From NCBI GenBank assembly GCA_963827275.1, contig CAWHAA010000008.1, positions 160,001 to 224,000 of the forward strand: a stretch of DNA of 64,000 nt, given 5' to 3'. Source of the stretch: an uncultured Spirochaetota bacterium (GTDB taxonomy: Bacteria > Spirochaetota > UBA4802 > UBA5550). This document shows positions 50,961 through 60,700 of this stretch, piece by piece; within the stretch, counting starts at the first letter, position 1; each line of letters starts with the position of its first letter. Below the pieces are notes generated by a model. That model ran no database searches. It was not told the origin of the DNA and saw only the letters and a list, made by a program, of their open reading frames with translations. The position numbers were made by a program, and so were the translations under genes.

Positions 50961-51293
50961 TCAACCCTTGTTCATGCTGGCCCTGATCGCGAAATAGATG
51001 AGAAGACTGACCCCCACGGAAAGGGGAATCAAACCGCTCAACACCGGGTAGGTAAATCCTTCCAGTATCACGAAGAACACCACAAGGCTCGCCCCGACGC
51101 TGGTAAGGACCAGGCCCGCGAACAGGCTGAACGTGCTGAAATCAAAATCGCTTTTCACGTACTGTCCCTTTTCGATCATCAGCATTCTCTGCTTGTAATG
51201 CCAGTAGAGAAAAAAGAACAACAGTACACCCCCGATGACGATCCCGACGATGGGGATGACGGTGACGATGACTTGCGCTGCGGCTGACGGCAT
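50961..51293 (-). CDS. Small 3-TM protein (DUF6249-like), first gene of the ECF cassette
   Basis: KQRMLMIEKG, GLVLTSVG, GLIPLSVG; AGGAG RBS. Confidence 0.7.
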   Translation of the reverse strand: MPSAAAQVIVTVIPIVGIVIGGVLLFFFLYWHYKQRMLMIEKGQYVKSDFDFSTFSLFAGLVLTSVGASLVVFFVILEGFTYPVLSGLIPLSVGVSLLIYFAIRASMNKG

Positions 51294-51333
51294 AGGCTTA
51301 CTCCTTTGCTCCTGGTATCGTTATCATCTGCCC

Positions 51334-51371
51334 GCTGTTTGAAAAAAATGTAAACCATTTTTTTAAACAGC
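51334..51371. terminator. AT-rich hairpin between the radical SAM gene and the ECF cassette
   Basis: GCTGTTTGAAAAAAATG-TAAAC-CATTTTTTTAAACAGC, one bulge. Confidence 0.45.
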
Positions 51372-51418
51372 GCACGCCGTAGATCATGGGCACCCGGCCG
51401 GGCCGGGGAAACGCCGGA

Positions 51419-53194
51419 TCAACGGGTCGCCATCGCGTCTTCGTCGATGACGGCCTTCTCCGCCCACAGGTAGGCGATCGTCTCGCACTTCAGCCTGAAT
51501 TCGTTATACGCGTCGCGCAAATACTCTCTCAGTTCTGGGTTGAGGGTGCGGTAAATCCGGCGCACGTTGCCCATGGCCCGGCGGGCCAGCCGCTCGACGG
51601 CGGCGGGCCTGATGGCCGCGGCTTTGCTGAATTTCGTCTCGTACTGCCGTTCGAGCTTCTCGATCGATGATTTCATGTACGCTGAGACCGTGTCCGCCCT
51701 GATGATATCGTCCGTTATTTTGAAAAGATGGTACCCTTTCACCGACAGGTTCACTGCCGTGGGAAAGTGCTTCGGGTTATGCACGAAGGCCGACGCCAGG
51801 AACCTGAGATAATGGGCCCCGTATTTTGAAAATGTCTGACGCAGCAGGGAGAGAAAGAGCGCCTTGACCTGCCTGCCGCTGATGGAGCTGTACGAGTAGC
51901 CGTTGTAGGGCATTCTCTTTATGAGCTCCGCGCACCGCCTGAAATAATGTTTCGGCTTATAGATGGCGGAGATGATCCGCTTGTATCCCTCCATGAGCGC
52001 CTCGCGCGGCATGCGGGGCTCGAAGTTCAGCTCCATCGAATGCGTGTTGTTGCCGTCTGTCTCGCCGACGAGGCGCCCCTCCCGCTGGAGGCGTCGGTAG
52101 AGCTGCGTGTTCGGCAGGGCGACCAGGGTGCCGATCATCGCCATGGGGATGGCGGCTTTCTTGATGAAATCGATCTGCAGGTCGAAAATGTCCTCCGGGT
52201 CGCTGTCGAACCCGACGATGAACCCGCCCATCACCTCAATCCCCTTGCCCTGTATGGCGCGTATGCTCTCGATCATGTCCGTCTTGGTGTTCTGCTGTTT
52301 CTGGTTCAGGGCGAGCGTTTCGACAATGGGGGTCTCGATGCCGAGAAAGACGCTGTCGAAGCCCGCTTCAACCATCTGGTCCATGAGCGGCCCGTCCTGC
52401 GCAAGGTTGATGCTCGCTTCGGTAAAAAACGCGTAGGGGTACTTCTTCGACTTCTGCCACCGGATGACATGGTCGAGGAGCTCCCGCACCTTTGCCTTGT
52501 TGCCGATGAAATTGTCGTCCACGATAAAGAGGGAGCCGCGGTAGCCCATGTCGTAGAGGAGGTCCATCTCGCGGAGGAACTGCTCCGGCTGCTTGTAGCG
52601 CGGCACGCGCCCGAACATTTCGATGATATCGCAGAATTCGCAGTTGAACGGGCATCCGCGCGACGCCTGCAGGGCCATCGACTCGTATGCGCCCATCTCC
52701 AGCAGATCAAAGCGCGGCGGCGGGGTCTTTGTTATATCGGGCTTTGAATCGTCGCTGTATACTTTTTTGGGGTGCCCCAGCTCAAGGTCCTCGATGAAGC
52801 GGGGGAGGGTGATCTCTCCTTCGTTGAGAATGAAGTGATCGACGCCCGTGATGCTCGCGTGGCTCGACGTGGGGTAAGGGCCCCCGGCGACGACCGTGGT
52901 GCCGCACTCGTTGCACCGGCGCACGACGTCATTGAACGATTCCTTCTGGACGATCATGGCGGACACGAATACCATGTCGGCGCCGGTAATGTCTTCAGGG
53001 GTGAGCTTCTGAATGTTCATGTCCACGAGGCGGACGTCATAGTCGGCGGGAAGCATCGCCGCCACGGTGAGGAGGCCCAGCGGCGGCATCAGGGTCTTGT
53101 ACCCGGCAAAGGGAAGGGCGTACTTGAAGCTCCAGTAGGTCGCAGGGATTTCAGGATACACCAGTAAAATCTTTTTTTTCATTATACTCTCCAT
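51419..53194 (-). CDS. Cobalamin-binding radical SAM protein (DUF4070, HpnP-related family)
   Basis: PPLGLLTVAA, VAGGPY, SRGCPFNCEFC, VDDNFIGN, GGFIVGFDSD. Confidence 0.9.
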   Translation of the reverse strand: MESIMKKKILLVYPEIPATYWSFKYALPFAGYKTLMPPLGLLTVAAMLPADYDVRLVDMNIQKLTPEDITGADMVFVSAMIVQKESFNDVVRRCNECGTTVVAGGPYPTSSHASITGVDHFILNEGEITLPRFIEDLELGHPKKVYSDDSKPDITKTPPPRFDLLEMGAYESMALQASRGCPFNCEFCDIIEMFGRVPRYKQPEQFLREMDLLYDMGYRGSLFIVDDNFIGNKAKVRELLDHVIRWQKSKKYPYAFFTEASINLAQDGPLMDQMVEAGFDSVFLGIETPIVETLALNQKQQNTKTDMIESIRAIQGKGIEVMGGFIVGFDSDPEDIFDLQIDFIKKAAIPMAMIGTLVALPNTQLYRRLQREGRLVGETDGNNTHSMELNFEPRMPREALMEGYKRIISAIYKPKHYFRRCAELIKRMPYNGYSYSSISGRQVKALFLSLLRQTFSKYGAHYLRFLASAFVHNPKHFPTAVNLSVKGYHLFKITDDIIRADTVSAYMKSSIEKLERQYETKFSKAAAIRPAAVERLARRAMGNVRRIYRTLNPELREYLRDAYNEFRLKCETIAYLWAEKAVIDEDAMATR

Positions 53195-53280
53195 AATAAT
53201 TGCTTATAATTTCCAGACAGAGTAAGGTTTTCGCATACATGCGTATGCGGTTGAATGGTGCCGCGGGTGCCGCTCGGGGA

Positions 53281-53355
53281 TTACAGTGACCTGAGTATTT
53301 TTATGCCATATATGGCGCTGATAACAACAAATATTCCAAGTAATGATTCCAGCAT
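53281..53355 (-). CDS. Small hydrophobic peptide MLESLLGIFVVISAIYGIKILRSL, 24 aa, not in the ORF track
   Basis: AAGGAG 6 nt before ATG at 53355; TAA at 53281-53283; one hydrophobic stretch with basic tail. Confidence 0.5.
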   Translation of the reverse strand: MLESLLGIFVVISAIYGIKILRSL

Positions 53356-53542
53356 GGGAGACTCCTTATTCAAATCATGCCCGAGCGCTATAGCAGGCCC
53401 GTTTGTAATGAAAAGACAGGAATAACGCCCTGCCGGTTGCAAAAAAATACCCCCCTCTCACATGAACAGGGAGGCCGTATGGGGAGGCTCGGGAGGCGGA
53501 TAACGGCTCAAAAATCCGCCTGAAATAGTATTAATTAAATAA

Positions 53543-53572
53543 TTGACATATAGGATATATACAAATTTTAAT
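53543..53572 (+). promoter_or_regulatory. Sigma70-like promoter for selC-selA-selB-coaX
   Basis: TTGACA-18 nt-TTTAAT about 25 nt before the tRNA; bracketed by inverted ATTAATTAAA/TTTAATTAAT. Confidence 0.5.
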
Positions 53573-53595
53573 TAATTCAGGACTCAATGTTCCAT

Positions 53596-53685
53596 GGAAG
53601 AGGATGGGATCCGGTGGTCCCCGCGGTCTTCAAAACCGTAGGCTGCGATTTATCGCGGCGGCAGGTTCGATTCCTGCCCCTTCCG
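53596..53685 (+). tRNA. selC: tRNA-Sec, anticodon UCA
   Basis: GGAAG start, 6-bp D stem with CGGT loop, CTTCAAA anticodon loop, long variable arm, GCAGG-TTCGATT-CCTGC, G discriminator; directly upstream of selA and selB. Confidence 0.95.
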
Positions 53686-53746
53686 CATACAGTTACATGG
53701 AAGTAGTATCCCGGCCGGGGCCGGGATTCCCGTTCCGGGGGCCGAT

Positions 53747-55141
53747 ATGGAAGACAGGAACCAGATTCTCAGGAACATCCCGCAGGTTGAAAAGATACTC
53801 CAGTCGGAGGACGTGCGCGGCTTCATACCGGTTATCGGCCGGCCGGCCATCGTGGAGATCGTCCGCGAGGTGCTTTCCGCGGTGCGCGCGAAGATCGAGG
53901 CGGATGGGCGCGTCGCTCCCGGGGAGATTGAGCAGGCGGTGGCAGCGCGGTGCGCGCTTAAAAGGATGAAGAAGCTCCAGCGCGTCGTCAACGGCACCGG
54001 GGTCATCATCCACACGAACCTGGGGCGCTCGCCCCTCGGGACCGACCTCCTGGAGCGCCTCGTTGAAACGCTGCCCGGCTACTGCAACCTCGAGCTCGTG
54101 CTCCCCGAGGGGAAGCGCGGCAGCCGCGGCGGGTTTGCCGAGGAGCTGATCTGCAAGAGTACCGGCGCGGAGGACGCGCTGATCGTGAACAACAACGCCT
54201 CGAGCGTGTTCCTCATATTGAATGAATTCGCGCGCGGCCGCGAGGTGGTCATATCCCGGGGCGAGCTGGTGCAGATCGGCGGCGGGTTCAGGATACCGGA
54301 CATCATGCGCCAGAGCGGCGCACGCATGGTCGAGGTCGGCACCACCAATATCACCACCATCGAGGACTACCGGCGCGCCGTCACCGCGGACACGGCCATG
54401 ATATTCTCCTGCCATAAGTCGAATTTCACCATGGAGGGCTTCACCGGGAGCCCCGCGCTGTCCGAGCTCGGGTCGCTCAGGAGCGGCTCGGTGCTCTTCG
54501 TGCGCGACCTGGGGAGCGGGAACCTCTCCGCCGACCCGCGCCTCCCGCGGCCGTTCGAGCCGACGGTGCGCTCCGAGATGGAGCAGGGGCCCGACCTCGT
54601 CTGCTTCAGCGGCGACAAGCTCCTGGGCGGGTGCCAGGCCGGCATCATCGTGGGCCGGAAAGACCTGGTGGCGCGGCTCAGGCGCAACCCCCTGATGCGC
54701 ATGCTGCGCGTTGACAAGGTCACCTACTTTCTCCTCCAGGAAACCCTCATACTGCACAGCAACGGCGAAACCGGGGACATCGAGCTCTGGCGGGTGATGC
54801 TGCAGGACGAAAAGGCGATTGCCGCGCGCATCGGCCGCTTCTTCAGGCTCATCACCCATCCGGCGAAAGAGGAGTGCATCAGGCGGGTCGATACGCGGAG
54901 CGTGGTGGGCGGCGGCGCGATGCCGGGGTTCCACCTGAAGAGCCGGGGCGTCAGCGTCGACGTGCCGGGGATGGAGGCCGGCGACCTGTATGCGGCGTTC
55001 CTGTCCGCTGACGTGCCCGTGGCCGGCTCCATTGTCGACGGCCGCTTCATCCTTGATTTCCGCACCATCCTTGACCGCGATGTCGCCCCCGCGGCGGGGG
55101 CCGCCGGGCGCATACTGGCCCGCCACTTCGGGGGTGAATGA
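53747..55141 (+). CDS. selA: L-seryl-tRNA(Sec) selenium transferase
   Basis: NGTGVIIHTNLGRSP, VNNNA, SRGELVQIGGGFRIPD, EVGTTN, SGDKLLGG. Confidence 0.96.
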   Translation: MEDRNQILRNIPQVEKILQSEDVRGFIPVIGRPAIVEIVREVLSAVRAKIEADGRVAPGEIEQAVAARCALKRMKKLQRVVNGTGVIIHTNLGRSPLGTDLLERLVETLPGYCNLELVLPEGKRGSRGGFAEELICKSTGAEDALIVNNNASSVFLILNEFARGREVVISRGELVQIGGGFRIPDIMRQSGARMVEVGTTNITTIEDYRRAVTADTAMIFSCHKSNFTMEGFTGSPALSELGSLRSGSVLFVRDLGSGNLSADPRLPRPFEPTVRSEMEQGPDLVCFSGDKLLGGCQAGIIVGRKDLVARLRRNPLMRMLRVDKVTYFLLQETLILHSNGETGDIELWRVMLQDEKAIAARIGRFFRLITHPAKEECIRRVDTRSVVGGGAMPGFHLKSRGVSVDVPGMEAGDLYAAFLSADVPVAGSIVDGRFILDFRTILDRDVAPAAGAAGRILARHFGGE

Positions 55142-56967
55142 TGTTCGTTGTCGGGACCTCCGGGCATATCGACCACGGCAAGACCTCCCTGATCCTCGCG
55201 CTCACCGGCGTCGACTGCGACCGCCTCCCCGAGGAAAAGGAGCGCCAGATGACCATCGACATCGGCTTCGCCTCCATGGCGATGCCCGGCTTCGGCACCG
55301 TGAGCTTCATCGACGTGCCGGGACACGAGCGCTTCATCCGCAACATGGTCGCCGGCGCGTGGGGGATCGACCTGGGGATGCTGGTGGTGGCCGCGGACGA
55401 CGGGTGGATGCCCCAGACCGAGGACCATTTCCGCGTGCTCCAGCTCCTCGGCATCGAGCGGATCATCGCGGTCATCAACAAGACCGACATGGTCGAGGCG
55501 GGGATGGCCGACCTGGTGGAGCAGCAGGTGCGCGAAAAGATCGCCGGCACCCCGTACGCGGGCGCGGACATCGCCCGGGTCTCGGCACGCACCGGCGCCG
55601 GGATCGACAGGCTCAGGGAAACCCTCGCGGCGAACCTGAAAAAGCTGTCCCGGGCGCGGGACGCGAACAAGCCATACCTCTACATAGACCGCGTTTTCGC
55701 CTCAAAGGGGCATGGGACCGTGGTCACCGGCACGCTCCGGAACGGCCTGCTCCACGACGATGACGCGGTCCGCATCCAGCCCGGCGGCCTGGATGCGCGC
55801 GTGAAAAGAATCGAGAGCCATCATAGCGAGCTCGCCGAGGGGAGCCCCTCACAGCGGACCGCGCTGAACCTGACCGGTGTCCAGACCGAAGCCCTCGGCC
55901 GCGGGCATATCCTGTACCGGCAGGGCTTTTTCACGGAATCCGGCGAGATCGTTGCCCGCATCCAGCTCCTGGACCCCGCGCGCGAGGTGAAGAACAACGC
56001 GGGGATCGAGGTGCTGATCGGCACCGCCGCGATCGGGGGGAAGCTCCTCCACTTCCCGGGCGACGCCGCGCGCACGGGCCTCTTCCCCGCCCGGATCAAG
56101 TTCGCGGAGCCCTGGTTCTGCTACCCGGGCGAGCCGTTCGTGCTCACCACGCCGGGCGGCTACCGCATCATCGGCGGCGGCATGGTGCTCCTGCCCGGGT
56201 ATGACCACCGCGCGCAGAAGGGCCGGGTCCTCGAGGGGCTGGGGATGTTTACGAACTACACGCTCGAGGAGCGCATGGCCTTCAGCATCGCCGCCAGGAC
56301 CGCGGTCAGGAAGGCGGACCTGGATTCAATGTTCCCGGAGAGCGCGGCGGACATCGAGCGCGCCGCCGTGTCCCTGCTCGCGCAGGGAACGGTGAAATCG
56401 ATCGGCGGCACGCTCATGATGGCGAAGCGCCTCGATGACGCTGAGAAGGCCGTGCGTGAAATGATACAGAAGAACGTCGGGCCCAATCTCAAGGAGGTAT
56501 CGGACGCCACCGGCACCGACCCGGAGATCTGCAGGATGATCATCGCGGCCATGGTGAAGGACGGCCGGGTGACCGAGAAAGAAGGCAAATTCTTCGCCGG
56601 CGGGCAGGCCGCGGCAGCGGACGCGCTGTCAAAGGGAAAAACGAAACTCCTCGAAGCCGTCCGCGGCAGGGGCGGAGAAGGGATGGAGCTCGACCGCATC
56701 ACGAACGAGCTGGAAAAGAGGGACGCCAGGGAGCTCGTGAAGCTCGGTCTTCTCGTGAGCCTCGACGGGAACATCATGTATCATAAAGATGTATATGAAG
56801 ACCTGAAGAGCAGGGTCATGAAGCTTTTCGAAAGCCGCGGCAAGGTGACCGTTCCCGAGGCGAAAGAGGCTGCCGGGCTTTCCCGGAAATTCATCCTGCC
56901 GCTCCTCAACCGGATCGAGCGGGACGGACTGATCAAGAGGCTCGGTGACTTCAGGATAAAGGCATGA
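55138..56967 (+). CDS. selB: Selenocysteine-specific elongation factor
   Basis: GHIDHGKT, DRLPEEKERQMTIDIGF, DVPGHERF, C-terminal LSRKFILPLL...D. Confidence 0.95.
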   Translation: MMFVVGTSGHIDHGKTSLILALTGVDCDRLPEEKERQMTIDIGFASMAMPGFGTVSFIDVPGHERFIRNMVAGAWGIDLGMLVVAADDGWMPQTEDHFRVLQLLGIERIIAVINKTDMVEAGMADLVEQQVREKIAGTPYAGADIARVSARTGAGIDRLRETLAANLKKLSRARDANKPYLYIDRVFASKGHGTVVTGTLRNGLLHDDDAVRIQPGGLDARVKRIESHHSELAEGSPSQRTALNLTGVQTEALGRGHILYRQGFFTESGEIVARIQLLDPAREVKNNAGIEVLIGTAAIGGKLLHFPGDAARTGLFPARIKFAEPWFCYPGEPFVLTTPGGYRIIGGGMVLLPGYDHRAQKGRVLEGLGMFTNYTLEERMAFSIAARTAVRKADLDSMFPESAADIERAAVSLLAQGTVKSIGGTLMMAKRLDDAEKAVREMIQKNVGPNLKEVSDATGTDPEICRMIIAAMVKDGRVTEKEGKFFAGGQAAAADALSKGKTKLLEAVRGRGGEGMELDRITNELEKRDARELVKLGLLVSLDGNIMYHKDVYEDLKSRVMKLFESRGKVTVPEAKEAAGLSRKFILPLLNRIERDGLIKRLGDFRIKA

Positions 56968-57749
56968 TCCTCGGCTTTGACATCGGCAACACCAGCACCA
57001 CTGCCGGCGTCTACGGGGACGACGCGGTGGCCCCGGACTACACCTTCCGCTTTCCCACGGTGAAACACGCGGGTCCGGACGAGCTCCACCGGCAGGTCCT
57101 GGGCGGCATGACGCGCCGCGGCGCGCACGAGGACAGGATTACGGTCAGCGGCCTTGCCTTTTCAAGCGTGGCGCCGGAGATAAACGATTCGTACCACCGC
57201 ATGGCGCGTGACTGCCACGGCGTCTCCGCCTTCGAAGTGACCTGCCGGAGCCTCCTCAATTTCAGGATCAATTACGATGACCCGCGCCAGCTCGGCGCGG
57301 ACCGGATCGTCAACGCCGCTGCGGCGTTCAGCGAATACGGCGGCGGGTCCATCGTTGTGGATATCGGCACTGCCGTGACTTTCTGCGTGCTCCTCGAGGA
57401 AGGCGTGTTCGACGGCGGCATCATCGCGCCGGGCATCGGCACCTCGATCAGCACGCTCGCGGCCCGGGCCTCACGGCTCCCCGAGGTGAAGTTTGAAAAG
57501 CCGGACCGCCTCGTGGCGCGCGACACGGTGAACGCGCTCAAGTCCGGCTTTTTCTACGGGTGGCTGTCGCTCGCGGAGGGGATCATCGCGAGGATCGAGC
57601 AGGAATACGCCCGTTCGTTTCAGGTGATCCTGACCGGCGGATACGCCGGCATGGTGGCGGGACACCTCTCCCACGAGACTATCGTTGATCAGCTGCTGGC
57701 CATGAAGGGCATCAAGATCGTGTATGATATGAACAAGTCCGCTTTATGA
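56964..57749 (+). CDS. coaX: Type III pantothenate kinase
   Basis: DIGNTST, LGADR, VDIGTAVT, GGIIAPG, LTGG. Confidence 0.93.
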   Translation: MILGFDIGNTSTTAGVYGDDAVAPDYTFRFPTVKHAGPDELHRQVLGGMTRRGAHEDRITVSGLAFSSVAPEINDSYHRMARDCHGVSAFEVTCRSLLNFRINYDDPRQLGADRIVNAAAAFSEYGGGSIVVDIGTAVTFCVLLEEGVFDGGIIAPGIGTSISTLAARASRLPEVKFEKPDRLVARDTVNALKSGFFYGWLSLAEGIIARIEQEYARSFQVILTGGYAGMVAGHLSHETIVDQLLAMKGIKIVYDMNKSAL

Positions 57750-57791
57750 GAGGGAGGCGTGTGCCCCCCGTTCATCAGAAGGCGGACGTTG

Positions 57792-60700
57792 CTACACGGT
57801 AAAATATCCCGCCTGGGGATGATGCACAAAAAACGCGCTGGTCGATTGTTCCGGCACCATCCCGCCGCTCTCGACGGTTTCAATGCCGATCCTGCCGGCG
57901 CCGACAAGACCGAGGAGCGTTTCGTTGTCTCCCATGTCCGGGCAGGGAGGATAGCCGAACGAATAGCGCAGGCCCCGGTCCGCAAGCCCGAGCTCTTTCC
58001 TGATCATGCCGCTCACCAACTCCGCCAGCGCCTCGGCAAGCTCCACGCCCAGGCCGTGGTAGAAGAGATAGTCGCGGTATTCACCCATGTCATACAGTCC
58101 GTGGACCAGGGCGTCAAGCCCGGGACCGATCGTGACCGCCTGGAGCGCGATCACGTCCGCTGTACCGCCTCCGTTTGGAAGGAAGTAATCGGCGATTGAC
58201 CGGCGGGGCGCTTTTTTCTGGCGCGGGAAATGAAAGCGGGCGACGCGTGTCCCGGGATCATCGGGGTCAAACAGGATGAGCGATTCTCCTTCGGAAACGC
58301 AGGGCCAGTACCCGTAGACCGCCCGGGGCGCAAGCACCCGGTCAGAGAGGAGCCGCTTCTTCATCCGGGTAAGGGCCGGCCGCACTTCGCGCGTGATGAG
58401 CGAGTCAAACTCATTCACGGGAAGCGCGCCCCGGCGGAAGCCCCACCGCGCCTTGAAGAGCACGGTTTCGTCAAGGAGCGGGAAGAGCGATTCGGGCGAC
58501 AGGGAGTCAAGCACGCGGCTTCCCGTAAAGGGAGGGCCGGGGATTGATGGCGGGGGGCGGAGTCCGTCCGCCTCTTCACGCGTGTCGGCCGGGACCCTCC
58601 GGGCCCGGGACGAGTAGCGCACCCGTTCCGCCTCGGCGTAGTCCGCGAGCTTCCCCTCTTTTAAAAGGGCCATGGCCTGGAGGCCCCTGAACGCATCCTC
58701 GCAGTACACGACCGGCGAGTCGAGGAGCGGCGCGCACGATTCCGCGACGAACCGCCGGGTGAGGGCGGCGCCGCCCAGCAGCACCGGGATATCCATGCCC
58801 TCCGCCTTCATGAACTCGAGGTTTTCCTTCATCACCTGTGTCGATTTGACGAGCAGGCCGCTCATGCCGATGGCGTCGGCCCCGTGCTCGCGCGCGGCCC
58901 CGATGATGGTTTCAATGTCGGCGCGGATCCCCAGGTTGTACACGCGGAAGCCGTTGTTTGACAGGATGATATCCACGAGGTTTTTGCCGATATCATGCAC
59001 GTCCCCTTTCACTGTCGCGAGCACAATGCTGGTCTGTTTCGCCGACGCGACCCTGTCCATGAACGGGGCCAGCAGGTCCACGGACTTCTTCATCACCTCG
59101 GCCGACTGGAGCACGAAGGGGAGCTGCATGGCGCCGCTCCCGAAGAGCTCGCCCACCCGTTTCATGGCGGGGACGAGGACGGCGTTGATGATATCGGCCG
59201 GCGACATTGTTTTCCTGAGGTCGTCGAGCAGCGTATCGAGGCCGGCGCGCGAGCCGTTGATCACCCGCCTGCGCAGCAGCTCTTCCGCCGTGAGCGACTC
59301 CTCCGCGGCGGCCTCTTCAACGGCCGCGCCTCCGCCCGCAGCCTCGAAGTGGCGGATAAACCCGAGCAGGGGGTCCCCCGCGCCGGCATTGTCGATCAGG
59401 TCCATCGCCCGCTTCGTGTCGGCCGTGTCGATACGGCTGACCGGGACAATCTGTGCGACGTTTACGATCGCAAGGTCGAGGCCTGCCGCCACCGCGCGGT
59501 GGAGAAACACCGAGTTCAGCACGGCGCGGGCGCGGGGGGCAAGGCCGAAGGAGACGTTGGACAGGCCGAGCAGGGTGAACACGCCGGGGAGCTCCTTCTT
59601 GATGCGCCCGATCGCCGCGAGCGTCTCCTTCGCCGCGTTTTTCAGGGACCCGTCGCCGCTCCCCAGGGTGAAGGTCAGGGGGTCGAAGATAATGTCTTCC
59701 GGCCTGAGGCCGGCTTCCTCGACCGCGAGCCCGTAGAGCCGGCGCGCCACCGAGAGCTTTTTTTCCGCGGTAGGCGCCATGCCCTGCTCGTCTATGGTCA
59801 GGGCAATTACCGCGGCACCGTAACGCCGCGCGAGGCCGCAGACCTCCCTGGCCCGGGCGCCGCCGTCTTCAAGGTTTATGGAGTTGATGACGGCCCTCCC
59901 GCCGTAGCGCTTCAGCGCCGCCTCTATCACGCGGGGCGAGGTGGAATCGATGACGAGCGGCAGGGGCACCCGGAGCGCGAATTGCGGGACAAGGGTTCCC
60001 ATGTCGGCGAGCTCGTCGCGTCCCGCGTAGGCGACGCAGAGATCGACCGCGTGGGCCCCTGAATCTACCTGGCTCCGCCCCACCTCGACCATGCCCTCCC
60101 AGTCATCGGCGAGAAGGCGCTCGCGGAACTGCTTGCTGCCATTGGTGTTCGCGCGCTCGCCCACGAAGAAGGGGGCCGGCTCCTGGCGCAGCTCCTGGAA
60201 GCGGTAGAGGCTGGCCACGCCCGGGACCGGGGCCGCGCTCCGGGCGGCGGGTGCAGCCCCCGCGAGCGCCTTCTTCAGTGCGGCAATGTGGGAGGGACCG
60301 GTGCCGCAGCAGCCGCCGGCCAGGCTGACGCCGTCCTGCACGACGAAATTTCTGAGGTCCGAGGCGAACTCGTCCGGCGACATCGTGTAAACGAGCGCGC
60401 CGTTCACGCTCTCCGGCAGGCCGGCGTTGGGCATCACGAGCACCGGCCCGGGGAAGCTCCGGCAGAGCTCGCGCACGTGGAGCGCCATCTGGCGGGGCCC
60501 GGTCGCGCAGTTGATGCCGATGATGTCCACTGACAGCGCGGAGAGTATCGCCGCCGCTGCCTGCGGCTCGGTGCCCACGAGGAGCGTGCCGGTCGCCTCG
60601 ACCGTGACGCTCACCGCCACGGGAAGGCGCGTACCGTGCGTTGCCATTGCGTCCCTGACCGCGCAGAGGCACGCCTTGATCTGCAGCGGGTCCTGGCAGG

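Noticed and set aside
53195..53530. Cobalamin riboswitch upstream of the B12 radical SAM gene
   Set aside because: No recognisable GGGAA...GCCCCCGC...GCCACTG B12-box arrangement; space is better explained by the small ORF
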